DNA of 64,000 nt from Leucoraja ocellata (lineage: Eukaryota), in the NCBI GenBank assembly GCA_036785375.1, contig JAWMAR010000070.1:7192001-7256000 (forward strand). Direction: 5' to 3'. Position numbers and translations under genes: made by a program. Of this stretch, positions 22,600 through 35,439 are shown piece after piece. The stretch's first letter is position 1. Each line of letters opens with the position of its first letter. The notes under the pieces were generated by a model, which saw only the letters and a list, made by a program, of their open reading frames with translations, ran no database searches and was not told the origin of the DNA.

Positions 22600-23547
22600 A
22601 TTCAGATTCAGATTCAGATTCAATTTTAATTGTCATTGTCAGTGTACAGTACAGAGACAACGAAATGCATTTAGCATCTCCCTTGAAGAGCGACATAGCA
22701 AACGATTTGAATTAAAAAAAAAAATAATAAGTGTCCGGGGGGGGGGGGGGGGGGGGTGATTGGCAGTCACCGAGGTACGTTGTTTAGTAGAGTGACAGCG
22801 GCCGGAAAGAAGCTGTTCCTCGACCTGCTGGTTCGGCAACGGAGAGACCTGTAGCGCCTCCCGGATGGTAGGAGGGTAAACAGTCCATGGTTGGGGTGAG
22901 AGCAGTCTTTGGCGATGCTGAGCGCCCTCCGCAGACAGCGCTTGCTTTGGACAGACTCAATGGAGGGGAGCGTGGAACCGGTGATGCGTTGGGCAATTTT
23001 CACCACCCTCTGCAATGTCTTCCGGTCGGAGACAGAGCAGTTGCCATACCATACTGTGATGCAGTTGGTAAGGATGCTCTCGATGGTGCAGCGGTAGAAG
23101 TTCACCAGGATCTGAGGAGACAGATGGACCTTCTTCAGTCTCCTCAGGAAGAAGAGACGCTGATGAGCCTTCTTGATCAGAGTAGAGGTATTGTGGGTCC
23201 AAGAGAGGTCATCGGAGATGTTGACTCCCAGGAACCTGAAGCTAGAAACACGTTCCACCTCCGTCCCGTTAATGTGGATGGGGGTGTGCGTGCCGCCTCT
23301 GGACTTCCTGAAGTCTACAATGAGCTCCTTGGTCTTCTTGGAGTTAAGGGCCAGGTTGTTGTCAGCGCACCATGCTGCTAAGTGCTGGACCTCCTCCCTG
23401 TAGGCCAGCTCATCGTTGTTGCTGATGAGGCCAATCACCGTTGTATCATCTGCATACTTGATGATGGTGTTAGTACCATGTACAGGTGTGCAGTCATAGG
23501 TGAAGAGGGAGTAGAGGAGGGGGCTCAGCACACAGCCCCCTCAGCCC
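22600..23547 (-). mobile_element. 5'-truncated Rex1/Babar-type LINE
   Basis: Open RT C-terminal ORF 22767-23531 (LSPLLYSLFTYDC, KYADDTTVIGLI, KTKELIVDFRK); (CTGAAT)n tail; CCACAG at both ends; absent from B2, B3 and B4 promoters. Confidence 0.88.
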
Positions 23548-23774
23548 CCACAGCCCTTGGCACCTGCGCTGGTTCCACAGTTTATACTCAATCTGAGCCG
23601 GCAGCTGGGATGGCGTTGGATCAATTCTTCCTTCCCAACAACCATCAGGCTGTTGAACACGACACGACACTGAGGTCAACAATGAACATCTATGGAACAT
23701 CTTTGGTTGCACTAAGGATGTTGGCTTTTCACACTAGTATTGTGCTCTCTCATTTATTGAATTCTCTTTGAAAA

Positions 23775-24362
23775 TTGAGGGGGGATCTTATAGAAACTTA
23801 CAAAATTTGTAAGGGGTTGGACAGGCTAGATGCAGGAAGATCGTTGGGGAAGTCCAGGACAAGGGGTCACAGTTTATGGATAAGGGGGAAATCCTTTAGG
23901 ACCGAGATGAGAAAAAGTTTTTTCACACAGAGAGTGGTGGATCTCTGGAATTCTCTGCCACAGAAGGTAGTTGAGGCCACAGTTCATTGGCTATATTTAA
24001 GAGGGAGTTAGATGTGACCCTTGTGGCTAAAGAGATCAGGGGGTATGGAGAGAAGGCAGGTACGGGATACTGAGTTGGATGATCAGCCATGATCATGTTG
24101 AATGATGGTGCAGGCTCGAAGGGCCGAATGGCCTACTCCTGCACCTATTGTCTATGTTTCTATGAAAGCTAGGGCATAGGAAATAGGTAACGTTTCGGGC
24201 CGAACCCCTTCGGGATTCGGCCCGAAACGTTGCCTATTTCCTTCGCTCCATAGCTACTGCTGCACTACTGAGTTGGATGATCAGCCATGATCATATTGAA
24301 TGATGGTGCAGGCTCGAAGGGCCGAATGGCCTCTACTCCTGCACCTATTTTCTATGTTTCCA
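23775..24362 (+). mobile_element. CR1 3'-end fragments plus a palindromic repeat
   Basis: RGDLIETYKI...FFTQRVV and two CR1 tails. Confidence 0.8.
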
Positions 24363-24518
24363 TGTTTGTTGCTTGTTACATATTTTGTTGCTTTATTGCT
24401 TTTAGTGGTTTATTGCTTAAAAGGCTCCTCAACAAAGGACACTTTCCAGTCATGGGTTTCCTTCCTGTTCCCCAGGCTCAGTGACTGATGACCAACAACT
24501 GTGGAGGAGCCATGGTGT

Positions 24519-25185
24519 TGATGAAGCCGAATTTTAGTTAAAAATATAAGAAGATATTAAATTGGCTTCTGGGCTAGCTTACAGCTTATATTTAGTGTCA
24601 AATTAAACTTTCCTCAGGTTGCGGGGTGTGTGAGATAACATTGTCTCCCAAGTGAAGGAGCTAGAGAGATATCTTTGAAAGTAAGATGCCATAAACCAAA
24701 TGACCAATGTTTATGGGGGAGGAGGCAATAAAGGAAGAGAGAAATAGACAGTCACATCTTTGTAAACAAATGACCTATGTTTATGAGGGACCAAATGACA
24801 GAGGAAGCAGCGAAAAGAGCTAGGGTGGTCTATTTGGAGATAAGGCAAATGGCCAATGTTTTTAGTATATCTTGTACCATGTAAAAAAAAGGTTTGATGT
24901 GATGCATTCTGTGGAAACCTTTTCCAGTACCTCTGACCATGACTAATGTCTGTGGAATGTGATAAGGGGACAAAAAAACCCTATTTAAAGCAATGTAATT
25001 CTGTTGTTCAGAGAAGGTGGCTGAGCACAGTCAAGTGTCTGTGTTGGTCACATGACTGGAGTTCTCCCTCCCTTCCATCGGCCGATGTTAAGTAAAGTTT
25101 TGAACTGGTCTACCAAACAGTTTGTGTGGTGTCTGTTTATTAAGAAGCGAACCTGGTTTAGTAGTTAAGATAAGTAACTTTTTCA
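24519..25185 (+). repeat. ERV 5' LTR
   Basis: TGATGAAGCC...TTTTTCA, direct repeat of 32778-33444. Confidence 0.92.
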
Positions 25186-26202
25186 TTGGCGTAGTTATGC
25201 AGGCCTCGCTGGGACCACATCAACGGCTGACTGTGCAAGAGGTTGCGGAGGTTGCCGGGATTGGAAGGGAGATAACTGAGCTCTATCGGCCCCCTTGTAC
25301 GACCGACTCCCTAGAAACTCCCGGGAACGTCTGTGATCCTTCATCAGAGATTGAATTGGTTCCCTGCCGAGGGTCTTAGCAACAGACAAAGGTCAGACCA
25401 GTTGGGCTTTATATGTTTTTTTAAAGAGGGGATTGTGTATGTATTTTTAAGGCAGCATTGTGCATGTATTTTTAAGAAAGGTCTTATGTATATTGTTAAG
25501 AAGGACGTGAGTGGTTCCTCTCTCTCTCTCTCTCTGTCTATCTCTCTTTGTTTTTTTCTCTCTCTACTAAGGGCTCATCAGCGTTGTTGAGATATCCGTG
25601 ATTTGTCGGGTTGAGATACGGGGGTTGAGGTGTGTGTCTGGCTTATTGAGACATCCGAAGAGTTGTCGGGTTGAGAAATAAGTGACATTGTATATTACAG
25701 TATTAAGAAGTCTACCAAGTTGAAAAAAACTGGGGTCTCGGTTAGCGGGTCTGCTTCATTGAGACACTTGGGTCGTATATTAAAGAGTTAAAAAAGTCAG
25801 CCAAATTGAGAAACTGGGGTCTCATTTAGTGGGTCGGCCTGGTTGATATATTTGGAACGATTCGGAATTAAGAAGTCTGTTTTCTCTCTCTCTCTTTCTA
25901 TCTATCTATGGGGAATGCTATTGATACCGGTCCTATATATGTGTTATTTGAATCCTATGTATAATAAGAAATTTAGAATGTTAAGTTACAAGTTGACCAA
26001 ATGGTTAGGGGATGAAGCCTGGCCAGTAGGGGGCACATGGAATGTTGAGACAATTAAATAAGCAGAGGTGTTGATATGGGAAAGGAAGACAGGAAAGAAA
26101 TGGAAGAAAGGAATTAAAACATGGAAATCAGGAACAGAGGAGAAGCATGAGGAGAGTAGAGTTCGAAGTTGGATGGATACTACATGTAAGAAGGGGATAG
26201 AG

Positions 26203-27235
26203 TAGGTATGTTACAAAACTTACCTGAATCGTCAATGAGAATCTGCCATCAGGCCGTGTGCGTGATTTTGGCGCTGTTTAGAGGAGACAGGTTTAAAACG
26301 AGATTTTTACTAGGCTGTTGCAATCGAAAATGTTCAGCCTAGTAAATCATTAACGGAGAATCGCTGGGGGACCCCGTCGCAAAGGGTGTTATTGGTTTTT
26401 ATGGCCTTGTATGGTGGTTGTAGTAGTTTGGAGGTCACTCTCTAGATCCGCGACCTCTCGCAGGCCCAGGGTTTTATAAAGCAAACAATTAAAGGTATGT
26501 ACCTTATTTTTACATTAAAAGGGGCTTCTTAAGAACCTTAAAGTTTTCTATAGCGAGTAGCTCATTTTGGGCTTTTTATATCCCGCAGTATTTTTCTGGG
26601 CATTTGAGGGCACAAATCCAGCGCAATGTGAACGTTCTAAACCAGCGCATTCACAGGAACCCACTAGAAAGCAGATTTAAAATAGACTTTAATTTACAGC
26701 AATTGAACACTAAATTCCTTCCATTTGGCCTATAAATTGATGTAAATGAGATTTAAAAATCATGTTTTATTGTGAATTATTTGTGACTATTATTTGGACA
26801 CTTAGGCTATTTAAAAATGTTAATCATTTATTAAGAAATGGATAGATGTTTGGATCTAGTAATTGAAGTTTGAAATTAGCTACAATTGGGTAACTAACTA
26901 ATTATATGCTTTAATTTCAGGTCATCCAAGTAAGATTATTTTATATTTGTTTCAGAATGCTTCAATCTATGATAACTGAAAATTTCATTCAGTTCTCTTA
27001 ATTTTTAAGAAGGTTATGGGCTTTTGACTGTCGATGATCACAGTTTTTTTGTTATGTCCATAGAAAATCAATAGGGAACAAGATGCTAATTCCCGAGTAT
27101 GAAAATGGCCATAATTCTTTTATTACTTGAGATATGAAAGTGAATTAGGTGTTAAATTAAACATTGTTATGCTTTATCTGATGGGATAAATTGCAGACTT
27201 GATTTTTTAAATCTCACAATTTTGTAACATTGCTA
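26203..27235. mobile_element. Non-autonomous TIR DNA transposon nested in the ERV gag region
   Basis: Imperfect TIRs TAGGTATGTTACAAAA / TTTTGTAACATTGCTA; GATAGAG duplicated at 26196-26202 and 27236-27242; AT-rich, no ORF; superfamily uncertain. Confidence 0.75.
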
Positions 27236-29070
27236 GATAGAGTTAAGAAACAAGGATAGCACTCGGAAAGGATGGAAATTAGTGCAACTAGAATGCCAGT
27301 GGGCAGAGGAACAAGAGAATAGAATTAAAAGACAGACTGGAGGTGAGAAACAAGTGATGGTTCGTAAAAAATAAACCCAGTACTGGTAAATCCTCTGGAG
27401 GAGACTTCATGTCTGGCACGACAACCCTATTTGGTAATGAAGATGAGGAGTTAGATAATCTTGAGAGATGTCTACCAGTAGCAATGGCATCTTTACCTGG
27501 GACAGTTCCGTCAGTAACATCCCTATAACTTGAAGTTCTGACATTACAAAGCTCCCCAGGATTGGGAGCACGGGAATCCCTTTCTGTGTGTAACTTGTTT
27601 AAGGCATTGATGCTACCAGAACAGCTGGTCATTATTAAATGTACTGCATACACTGGTGCTGGGGACCCTATAGCAAAAGGCAATGAGTTGCCGATAGTGT
27701 ATCCAAACAGGCAGCCTGTACATCCAAATGCATAGTGACAGCAGCTAAACAGATGCTAGCAAATAGAACGGTCCTGCCAAACATGAGGGAGGTATGTACA
27801 TTACAGAGGGACGCCTCTTATATATAAAATAACTATGGAAACAAGAGGGCTGTGCCATTAATTCAGCACACCCCGCTTGGACAAGTTGGTGTATACGATA
27901 CATTTTTACCCGTCTTACCCATGCTGGTAAGGAGGGAATGATAGGATAACAAAGGAAATGTGGTGGCACCCGAAAATTTGATAAGAGGCACTGAAGCAGG
28001 CCTCTGAATGTAAAATTTGCCAATGAAATAATCCAGGCAAACCAATTAGGATACCCTCAGGGGTGACGCCAATGCCATCATGATCGTTTGAATGCATACA
28101 GATTGATTTTATTGAGATGCCAAGGGCCCAGTGTTATAAATATTGCGTATTGATTTTAGATTTATTTAGTAGGTGGAGTGAAGCTCTACCAACCACCAAT
28201 AATAAGGAAAATGTGCACATTTTAATATCTGACAGAAATTCACTGTACACACCACCCACTGGTATCTGGGATGGTGGAAAGAGTCAATGGGGATTGCAAA
28301 ACAAAATTACCCCGGAGGTAAATCCTTTTCCTGACAAGCAACTATGTTATAAAAATTGGGGATGAAGGAAAATTCAATGGAGAAATGAGGATAGAATAGG
28401 GAGACTGAATAGTCAAGGGCAGTCTGACTAATCATGATCTGGATCAATGTCCAATTAGGGTTAGGTGACCAGGATTTTGGTCAACAGAAGTCTTGTCAGA
28501 AAAAGGGAAAGTAAATTACAAAGAGATGTCTTTGAAGATGAAATATTATATACTGCTGGTAAAACAATGTTTTTGTATATGTACTGCTTGTAAAACAATG
28601 TTTTTTGTATGTGGAATGTGTGAAATTCGAAGCAATGAGCAAAGTTGTGTGTCGCTTTAAATAGTTTGTCCTTTAAAATGCAAATAGACAAAGTTTATGG
28701 TGTGCTCAGTTAAAGAAACAGGCATGAATGGGGGGCGGAGCTATACTCGATGATAAAATGTGTTGGTTGATTATAAATCTTTTGAACCAAGTTTAAAAAA
28801 AAAGACTCATCCCGATTAAAGTGTTAAATGAGATTGGAAATGTCAAAATTACAGAGAAAAGAAAATGTATTATTGATTACTGATTCTGAATGAGTTTTTT
28901 TGGGAAAGATTGTTTTGATATGATAACAGAGGTTGTCTTTTAAAATGTAAATGAAGCAAGATTACTGTTTTCAAGCAAACAAAAAGATGTTGCTGTAGCA
29001 TGTGCTGTGTGAGTGAAATGAAGGTGTGAATGTGTGAAGATAAAGCTTTAGATGTAAAAGGGGCAAAAAC

Positions 29071-31597
29071 GGACCACAATATGGTCGAATTCCATATTCA
29101 AATAGAAGGGGAGCAGGTTGAAACTCAGGCTAGGGTGCTTAGTCTAAATAAGGGGGATTATGAAGGTATGAGGACTTAGCTGATCAAAGTTGACTGGGAT
29201 AGCAGACTCAAGAATAAGACGGTACATGAGCAGTGGTGTACGTTTAAGGGTATACTGTATAATCTTCAAGAAAAATTTATTCCTATGAAGAAAAAAAGGG
29301 GTAAGGGTAAGAACAGTCAGCCATGGCTCAGTAAAACTATAAAGGATAGTATTCGGCTGAAAGCAAGGGCATATAAGGTAGCCAGAGATAGTGGGAGGGT
29401 AGAGGATTGGGAAGCATTTAAAGGTCAGCAAAAAATAACTAAGAGATTAATTAAGACGGGGAAAATAGATTATGAAAGGAATTTAGCGAACAACATAAAA
29501 ACTAATAGTAAGAGTTTTTATAGCTATATAAAAAGAAAAAGGGTGGCTAAGGTGAACGTTGGTCCATTGGAGGGTGAGACTGGAGAGTTGTTGGTGGGGA
29601 ACATGGAAATGGCAAAGGCATTAAACGAGTATTTTGTATCAGTCTTCACCATAGAAGACACAAAAAATATTCCAACGCTGGATAAACAGGGGGCGGTAGG
29701 AATGGAGGAGCTAAATACTATTAAGATCACCAAGGAGGTGGTATTAGGGAAATTAATGAGACTGAAGGAGGATAAATCCCCTGGGCCTGATGGATTACAT
29801 CCAAGGGTCTTGAGGGAGATAGCGGTGGGGATTGTGGATGCATTGGTGATAATTTTCCAAAACTCCCTGGAGGCAGGAACGGTCCCAGTGGATTGGAAAA
29901 TGGCCAATGTAACACCTATATTTAAAAAAGGAAGTAAACAGAAGGCGGGTAACTATAGACCGGTTAGTCTAACATCGGTGGTGGGTAAAATGTTAGAGAC
30001 AATTATTAAAGAAACACTAACGGGGCACTTGGATAAACATGACTTCATCGGACAGAACCAGCATGGTTTTGTGAAGGGGAAGTCCTGTTTAACGAATCTG
30101 CTCGAATTCTTTGAGGAAGTAACAACCCGGGTGGATAAAGGGGAACCGGTGGATGTGGTATACTTGGACTTCCAAAAGGCTTTTGACAAGGTGCCACATA
30201 AGAGACTATTGCTAAAAATAAAAAATTATGGGATTGGGGGTAATATATTAGCATGGGTAGAGGATTGGCTAACAAATAGGAAGCAGAGAGTGGGGATAAA
30301 TGGTTCATACTCGGGATGGCAACCGGTAACTAGCGGGGTTCCGCAGGGGTCGGTGCTGGGACCCCAGTTGTTCACAATTTATATAAATGATTTGGAGGAG
30401 GGAACCAAGTGTAATATATCAAAATTTGCGGACGATACAAAAATGGGAGGAAAAGTAGGGGATGAGGAGGATAGGAAGAGTCTGCAAAAGGATATAGATA
30501 AGCTAGGTGAGTGGGCAACAACTTGGCAGATGAAATTTAATACTAATAAATGTGAAGTCATTCACTTTGGGAAAAAAAATGATAGGGCAAGTTATTTTCT
30601 AAATGAGGAGGAGCTGCGTTGTAATGCAACGCAAAGGGATCTAGGGGTATTAGTACATGAATCACTGAAAGTTAGTATGCAGGTGCAGCAAGCAATCAGG
30701 AAGGCCAATGGAGTTTTGGCCTTTATTGCTAGGGGGATTGAGTATAAAAACACGGAGGTCTTGCTGCAGCTGTACACAGTATTAGTGAGACCACATTTGG
30801 AATACTGTGTACAGTTCTGGGGTCCATACTTAAGAAAGGATGTACTAGCCCTGGAGGCAGTGCAGCGAAGGTTTACAAGATTAATTCCTGCAATGAGGGG
30901 ATTGACATATGAGGAAAGGTTAAGTAGGCTGGAACTCTACTCTTTGGAGTTTAGAAGAATGAGAGGCGATCTCATTGAAACATATAAGATCGTGAGGGGC
31001 CTTGATCGGGTGGATGCACCGAGGATGTTCCCAATGATCGGGGAAACTAGAACTAGGGGACATAGTTGCAGAATAAGAGGGGGCTCTTTTAAAACTGAGA
31101 TGAGGAAGAACTTCTTCACCCAGAGGGTGGTTAATTTATGGAATTCACTGCCCCAGGGAGCAGTGGAAGCAGAAACTTTAAATATATTTAAGACAAAAAT
31201 AGATGTTTTTTTAGCTGCCAAGGGGATAAGGGGCTACGGGGAGAGGGCAGGGATATGGACCTAGGTATGGTTAGTATAGTAAGACCTGAGTGATCTCCTG
31301 GACAAGTGTCGATCGCCTGGATTGGGGTCAGAGAGGAATTTCCCGGATTTTTTTCCCGAATTGGACCTGGGTTTTTATCCGTTTTTTTGCCTCCCCCAGG
31401 AGATCACGAGGTTCTTGGGGTGGAGAGGGGTGATAGCGGTATAAGGGGGAGGGTAGTGTCTTGTGTTCTGTGTCTTGTGTCTACTGTTTGTGGGTAAGTG
31501 TGTCTGTTTAGTGTTCAGCCATGAGCGAATGGCGGTGCGGGCTCGACGGACCTGGTGGTCTACTCTCGCACCTACTTTCTATGTTTCTATGTTTCTA
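29071..31597 (+). mobile_element. Young 5'-truncated CR1 LINE nested in the ERV
   Basis: ORF2 homology begins at DHNMVEFHI; ends in (TTTCTATG)n. Confidence 0.92.
29285..31264 (+). CDS. CR1 ORF2 remnant, reverse transcriptase domain, 659 aa open frame, endonuclease missing
   Basis: [43 protein letters not shown]; in-frame stop upstream at 29177-29179. Confidence 0.8.
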   Translation: MKKKRGKGKNSQPWLSKTIKDSIRLKARAYKVARDSGRVEDWEAFKGQQKITKRLIKTGKIDYERNLANNIKTNSKSFYSYIKRKRVAKVNVGPLEGETGELLVGNMEMAKALNEYFVSVFTIEDTKNIPTLDKQGAVGMEELNTIKITKEVVLGKLMRLKEDKSPGPDGLHPRVLREIAVGIVDALVIIFQNSLEAGTVPVDWKMANVTPIFKKGSKQKAGNYRPVSLTSVVGKMLETIIKETLTGHLDKHDFIGQNQHGFVKGKSCLTNLLEFFEEVTTRVDKGEPVDVVYLDFQKAFDKVPHKRLLLKIKNYGIGGNILAWVEDWLTNRKQRVGINGSYSGWQPVTSGVPQGSVLGPQLFTIYINDLEEGTKCNISKFADDTKMGGKVGDEEDRKSLQKDIDKLGEWATTWQMKFNTNKCEVIHFGKKNDRASYFLNEEELRCNATQRDLGVLVHESLKVSMQVQQAIRKANGVLAFIARGIEYKNTEVLLQLYTVLVRPHLEYCVQFWGPYLRKDVLALEAVQRRFTRLIPAMRGLTYEERLSRLELYSLEFRRMRGDLIETYKIVRGLDRVDAPRMFPMIGETRTRGHSCRIRGGSFKTEMRKNFFTQRVVNLWNSLPQGAVEAETLNIFKTKIDVFLAAKGIRGYGERAGIWT

Positions 31598-32777
31598 AGG
31601 TAGATGAAAAATTGTTTTATGACTTAAAAAAGGGGGTTTGAGGGAACTCACAATGAGGGATGAAAGGTGAGAAGATAAAGTAGATTGGGGAAGAGAACAT
31701 ATTTGGAGAATTGAATATTTAGGTGGGGAGAGCCTCTTTGGATATAATCGGATTAAAGGATAAATTCACAGGGAAGTGTTAAGAAGGGACTGGAGATACT
31801 GGAGGATCAAAGGGGGACAAAAGTGCTGGAGAAACAGCTGGTGAACAAGATTCACAACTTTTTATTGATACAGGAAAAGCTGCTCTGTCCACCCCCTGGA
31901 GAGTGGGGGAAAGCCACCTACAGGCCCTGGGCAATTAACTAATTATGTATGGTCGGCAATTAACCCATGTCTTGCCAGATCTACATTCCCAGGTTGGAGG
32001 AGTTTTTGCTGGAAACCAGTGACCAAGGCCATAAAGGCTATACGATGGGGGTGCTGGGACAAGAAGAAATTGAGACTGTTGAAAGAAACAACCAAGTGTT
32101 GCTAACAACATGAACTGCTGTAAAGATGAAAGATCATCGTCGCTGGATACATTTGATTGACTGTGAACAGTTTGTGGAAACAAGGACGATGGGCTATTGA
32201 TGCTCCCTTTATTCTGGGGTGGCCCAGCCCACATGGACTGAACTTTCTTCAGAATGGCAAACTTGCAGACTAACCTACATTTAAAGGATGGTACACACCT
32301 CCTTTTAAACAAGATTGAAGTCAAACATGACAAGCGCAGCAAAGATACCCTGACTACGGACAGTAAGAGGTCTGCAAAGGCCAGTTAAATCTACCTGTTT
32401 TTGCCACAACCAAGGCACTGGTGTATATTAAGGAAACAGTATATTTGTGACAGGGCATTGTTATGTTGCAAATGCAGTGCCACACAAGAGAAGCATGAGC
32501 CAGTTACACCAGCACACAGGGAATTCCAAATGAAGCCGAATAAAGGCTGAGCAATTTTTATGAACCTTTTCCTGTCCTATGGTAGTATCTTAGTGTCACA
32601 TCCGGGGGAGGTTGGTGGCCATTTAAAATGTTTGGAGGGACTTGTGAAACGATTGTCCACTATGAATTGATTGTGCTACTAGTGTACTATTAATTTGTCT
32701 GATGAGATGCTTATGGTCTTTCGTATGTACTCAGGAAGGACTGCAGTTGTTATCAAAATTTTGATAAAAGGATGGAA

Positions 32778-33444
32778 TGATGAAGCCGAATTTTAGTTAA
32801 AAATATAAGAAGATATTAAATTGGCTTCTGGGCTAGCTTACAGCTTATATTTAGTGTCAAATTAAACTTTCCTCAGGTTGCGGGGTGTGTGAGATAACAT
32901 TGTCTCCCAAGTGAAGGAGCTAGAGAGATATCTTTGAAAGTAAGATGCCATAAACCAAATGACCAATGTTTATGGGGGAGGAGGCAATAAAGGAAGAGAG
33001 AAATAGACAGTCACATCTTTGTAAACAAATGACCTATGTTTATGAGGGACCAAATGACAGAGGAAGCAGCGAAAAGAGCTAGGGTGGTCTATTTGGAGAT
33101 AAGGCAAATGGCCAATGTTTTTAGTATATCTTGTACCATGTTAAAAAAAGGTTTGATGTGATGCATTCTGTGGAAACCTTTTCCAGTACCTCTGACCATG
33201 ACTAATGTCTGTGGAATGTGATAAGGGGACAAAAAAACCCTATTTAAGGCAATGTAATTCTGTTGTTAAGGGGAGGTGGCTGAGGACAGTCAAGTGTCTG
33301 TGTTGGTCACTTGACTGGAGTTCTCCCTCCCTTCCATCGGCCGATGTTAAGTAAAGTTTTGAACTGGTCTACCAAACAGTTTGTGTGGTGTCTGTTTATT
33401 AAGAAGCGAACCTGGTTTAGTAGTTAAGATAAGTAGCTTTTTCA
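32778..33444 (+). repeat. ERV 3' LTR
   Basis: About 8 mismatches to the 5' LTR by eye. Confidence 0.92.
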
Positions 33445-33594
33445 GTGTGGTCTATAGATATTGATGACTTCAGTGGAACAAGATGTAAAGAAGGTGTTTA
33501 TCCCTCGATCAGCGCATTGAAATCCCTCCTCAACATTAACAGTTCGGAACAATTATTATTTGCATCCCAAGTCAAACTGAACTGCCCTCATTTG

Positions 33595-33835
33595 TGTTTA
33601 AGAAGGAACTGCAGATGCTGGAAAATCGAAGGTAGACAAAAGTGCTGGAGAAACTCAGCGGGTGCAGCAACATCTATGGAGCAAAGGAAATAGGCAACGT
33701 TTTAGGACGAAACCCTTCCGGGTTTGGCCCGAAACGTTGCCTATTTCCAGAAGGGTTTTGGGACGAAATGTTGCCTATTTCCTTTGCTCTATAGATGCTG
33801 CTGCACCCGCTGAGTTTCTCCAGCATTTTTGTCTT
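33595..33835. repeat. Palindromic Penelope-like short repeat (also 34945-35185, 17306-17476, 24170-24265, 39705-39820, 53320-53432, 57850-57965)
   Basis: Inverted arms GCTGGAGAAACTCAGCGGGTGCAGCA...TGCTGCACCCGCTGAGTTTCTCCAGC around a GAAGGG...CGAAAC core; family assignment inferred. Confidence 0.55.
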
Positions 33836-35439
33836 CTCTTACTTGTTCCAATCCAGAATATTTTAACAGGTCTGAGCAGCAAAGATGTGCCATGGAGTTG
33901 CCTTTAGCTGAGTTGAGTCGAGTTGACTTGAGTTTAGTTCAGATTTGTTTAGATTTATACAATGGTATATGGACACACTGATCTGTTCTGTATTTGTGCC
34001 TACTATGTTCTGTTGTGCTGAAGCAAAGCAAGAATTTCATTGTCCTATCAGGGACACATGACAATAATCTCTCTTGAACACTTGAACTTGAGTGATCACC
34101 CGTAAACTAGTTCTAACCTACACACAAGGGACAATTTACTGAAGCCAATTAACCTACAAACCCGCACGTCTTTGACATCTGTGAGGAAACTGTAGCACCT
34201 GGGAGAAACCCTCACGGTCATAGGGAAAAAGTACAACCACCGTACAGACAGTACCTACAGTCAGCATTGAACCCGGGTCACTAGCGCTGTACGGCAGCAA
34301 CTCTACTGCTGTATCACTGAGCCTCCCTTACATTGGCCTCTTGCACAGTTGCAGCAGCTGATTAGAGTCCAGTTTTGACCCTTGTTGGGATTGTGCAGAA
34401 ACATAGAAAATTGGTGCAGGAGGAGGCCATTCGGCCCCTCGATCCAGCAGCGCCATTCAATATGATCATGGCTGAACATCCTAAATCACTACCACTTTCC
34501 TGCTTTCTCCCCATATCCCTTGATTCCGTTAGCACTAAGAGCTTAATCTAACTCTCTCTTGAAAACATCCAGTGAATTGGCCTCCACTGCCTTCTGTGGC
34601 AGAGAATTCCACAGATTCACAATTCTCTGGGTGAAAATGTTTTTTTCATCTCAGTCCTAAATGGCCGACACCTTATTCTTAAACTGTGTGACCACTGGTT
34701 CTGGACTCCCCCAACATCGGGAATATTTTTCCTGCACCTATCTAGTCTGTCCGATCCCTTAAGAATTTTATATGTTTTTATAAATATGTTCCAGTCTCAT
34801 CCTAAATTCCAGTGAATACAAGCACAGTCGATCCATTCTTTCGTCATATGTCAGGGGTGGAAGATTGCAACCTTCACGAGGTCCACCCTGTTTCGACTAA
34901 TGCAATCAATTCGACGTGCACAAACGGAAGATCAAATAGAACAAAGGTAGACAAAAATGCTGGAGAGACTCAGCGGGTGCAGCAGCATCTATGTAGCAAA
35001 GGAAATAGGCAATGTTTCGGAACAAAACCCTTCTGGAAATAGGCAACGTTTCAAGCCAAAACCCGGAAGGGTTTCGGCCCGAAACGTTGCCTATTTCCTT
35101 CGCTCCATAGATGCTGCTGCACCCGCTGAGTTTCTCCAGGATTTTTGTGTACCTTCGATTTTCCAGTATCTGCAGTTTCTTCTTCAACATCAAATAGAAC
35201 AAGTTGTCCTACAACTTTAGGCTGTGCACGCCACACGAAAGAAGAAGTTGACATGTCAGTCCCGCCATCCCGGGTATTAACCTGGTGAACCTACGTTGCA
35301 CTCCCTCAATAGCAAGAATGCCCTTCCTCAAGATGACAGTGAAGGGCCGCCACTACACAGACACCCAGTAGACCTGATAGAATGATATAAAATTATGAGA
35401 GGCGTAGATAGCTGAGATAACCTGAAGCAATTTCCCGAA

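Larger units (their letters stand above)
24519..33444 (+). mobile_element. Endogenous retrovirus (class I, gamma/epsilon-like), internally degenerate
   Basis: Two 667-bp LTRs TG...CA; 4-bp TSD GTGT (24515-24518, 33445-33448); PBS-like TGGCGTAGTTATGCAGG at 25187 resembling the tRNA-Ser 3' complement; purine tract 32764-32777; RNase H remnant ALMLPEQLVIIKC...DPIAKGNE near 27600; integrase remnant FECIQIDFIEMP...ILDLFSRWSEALPT near 28090-28195. Confidence 0.88.

Noticed and set aside
31700-32760. Possible env gene in the ERV
   Set aside because: The position fits, but I found no open frame or recognisable furin, ISD or CX6CC motif.
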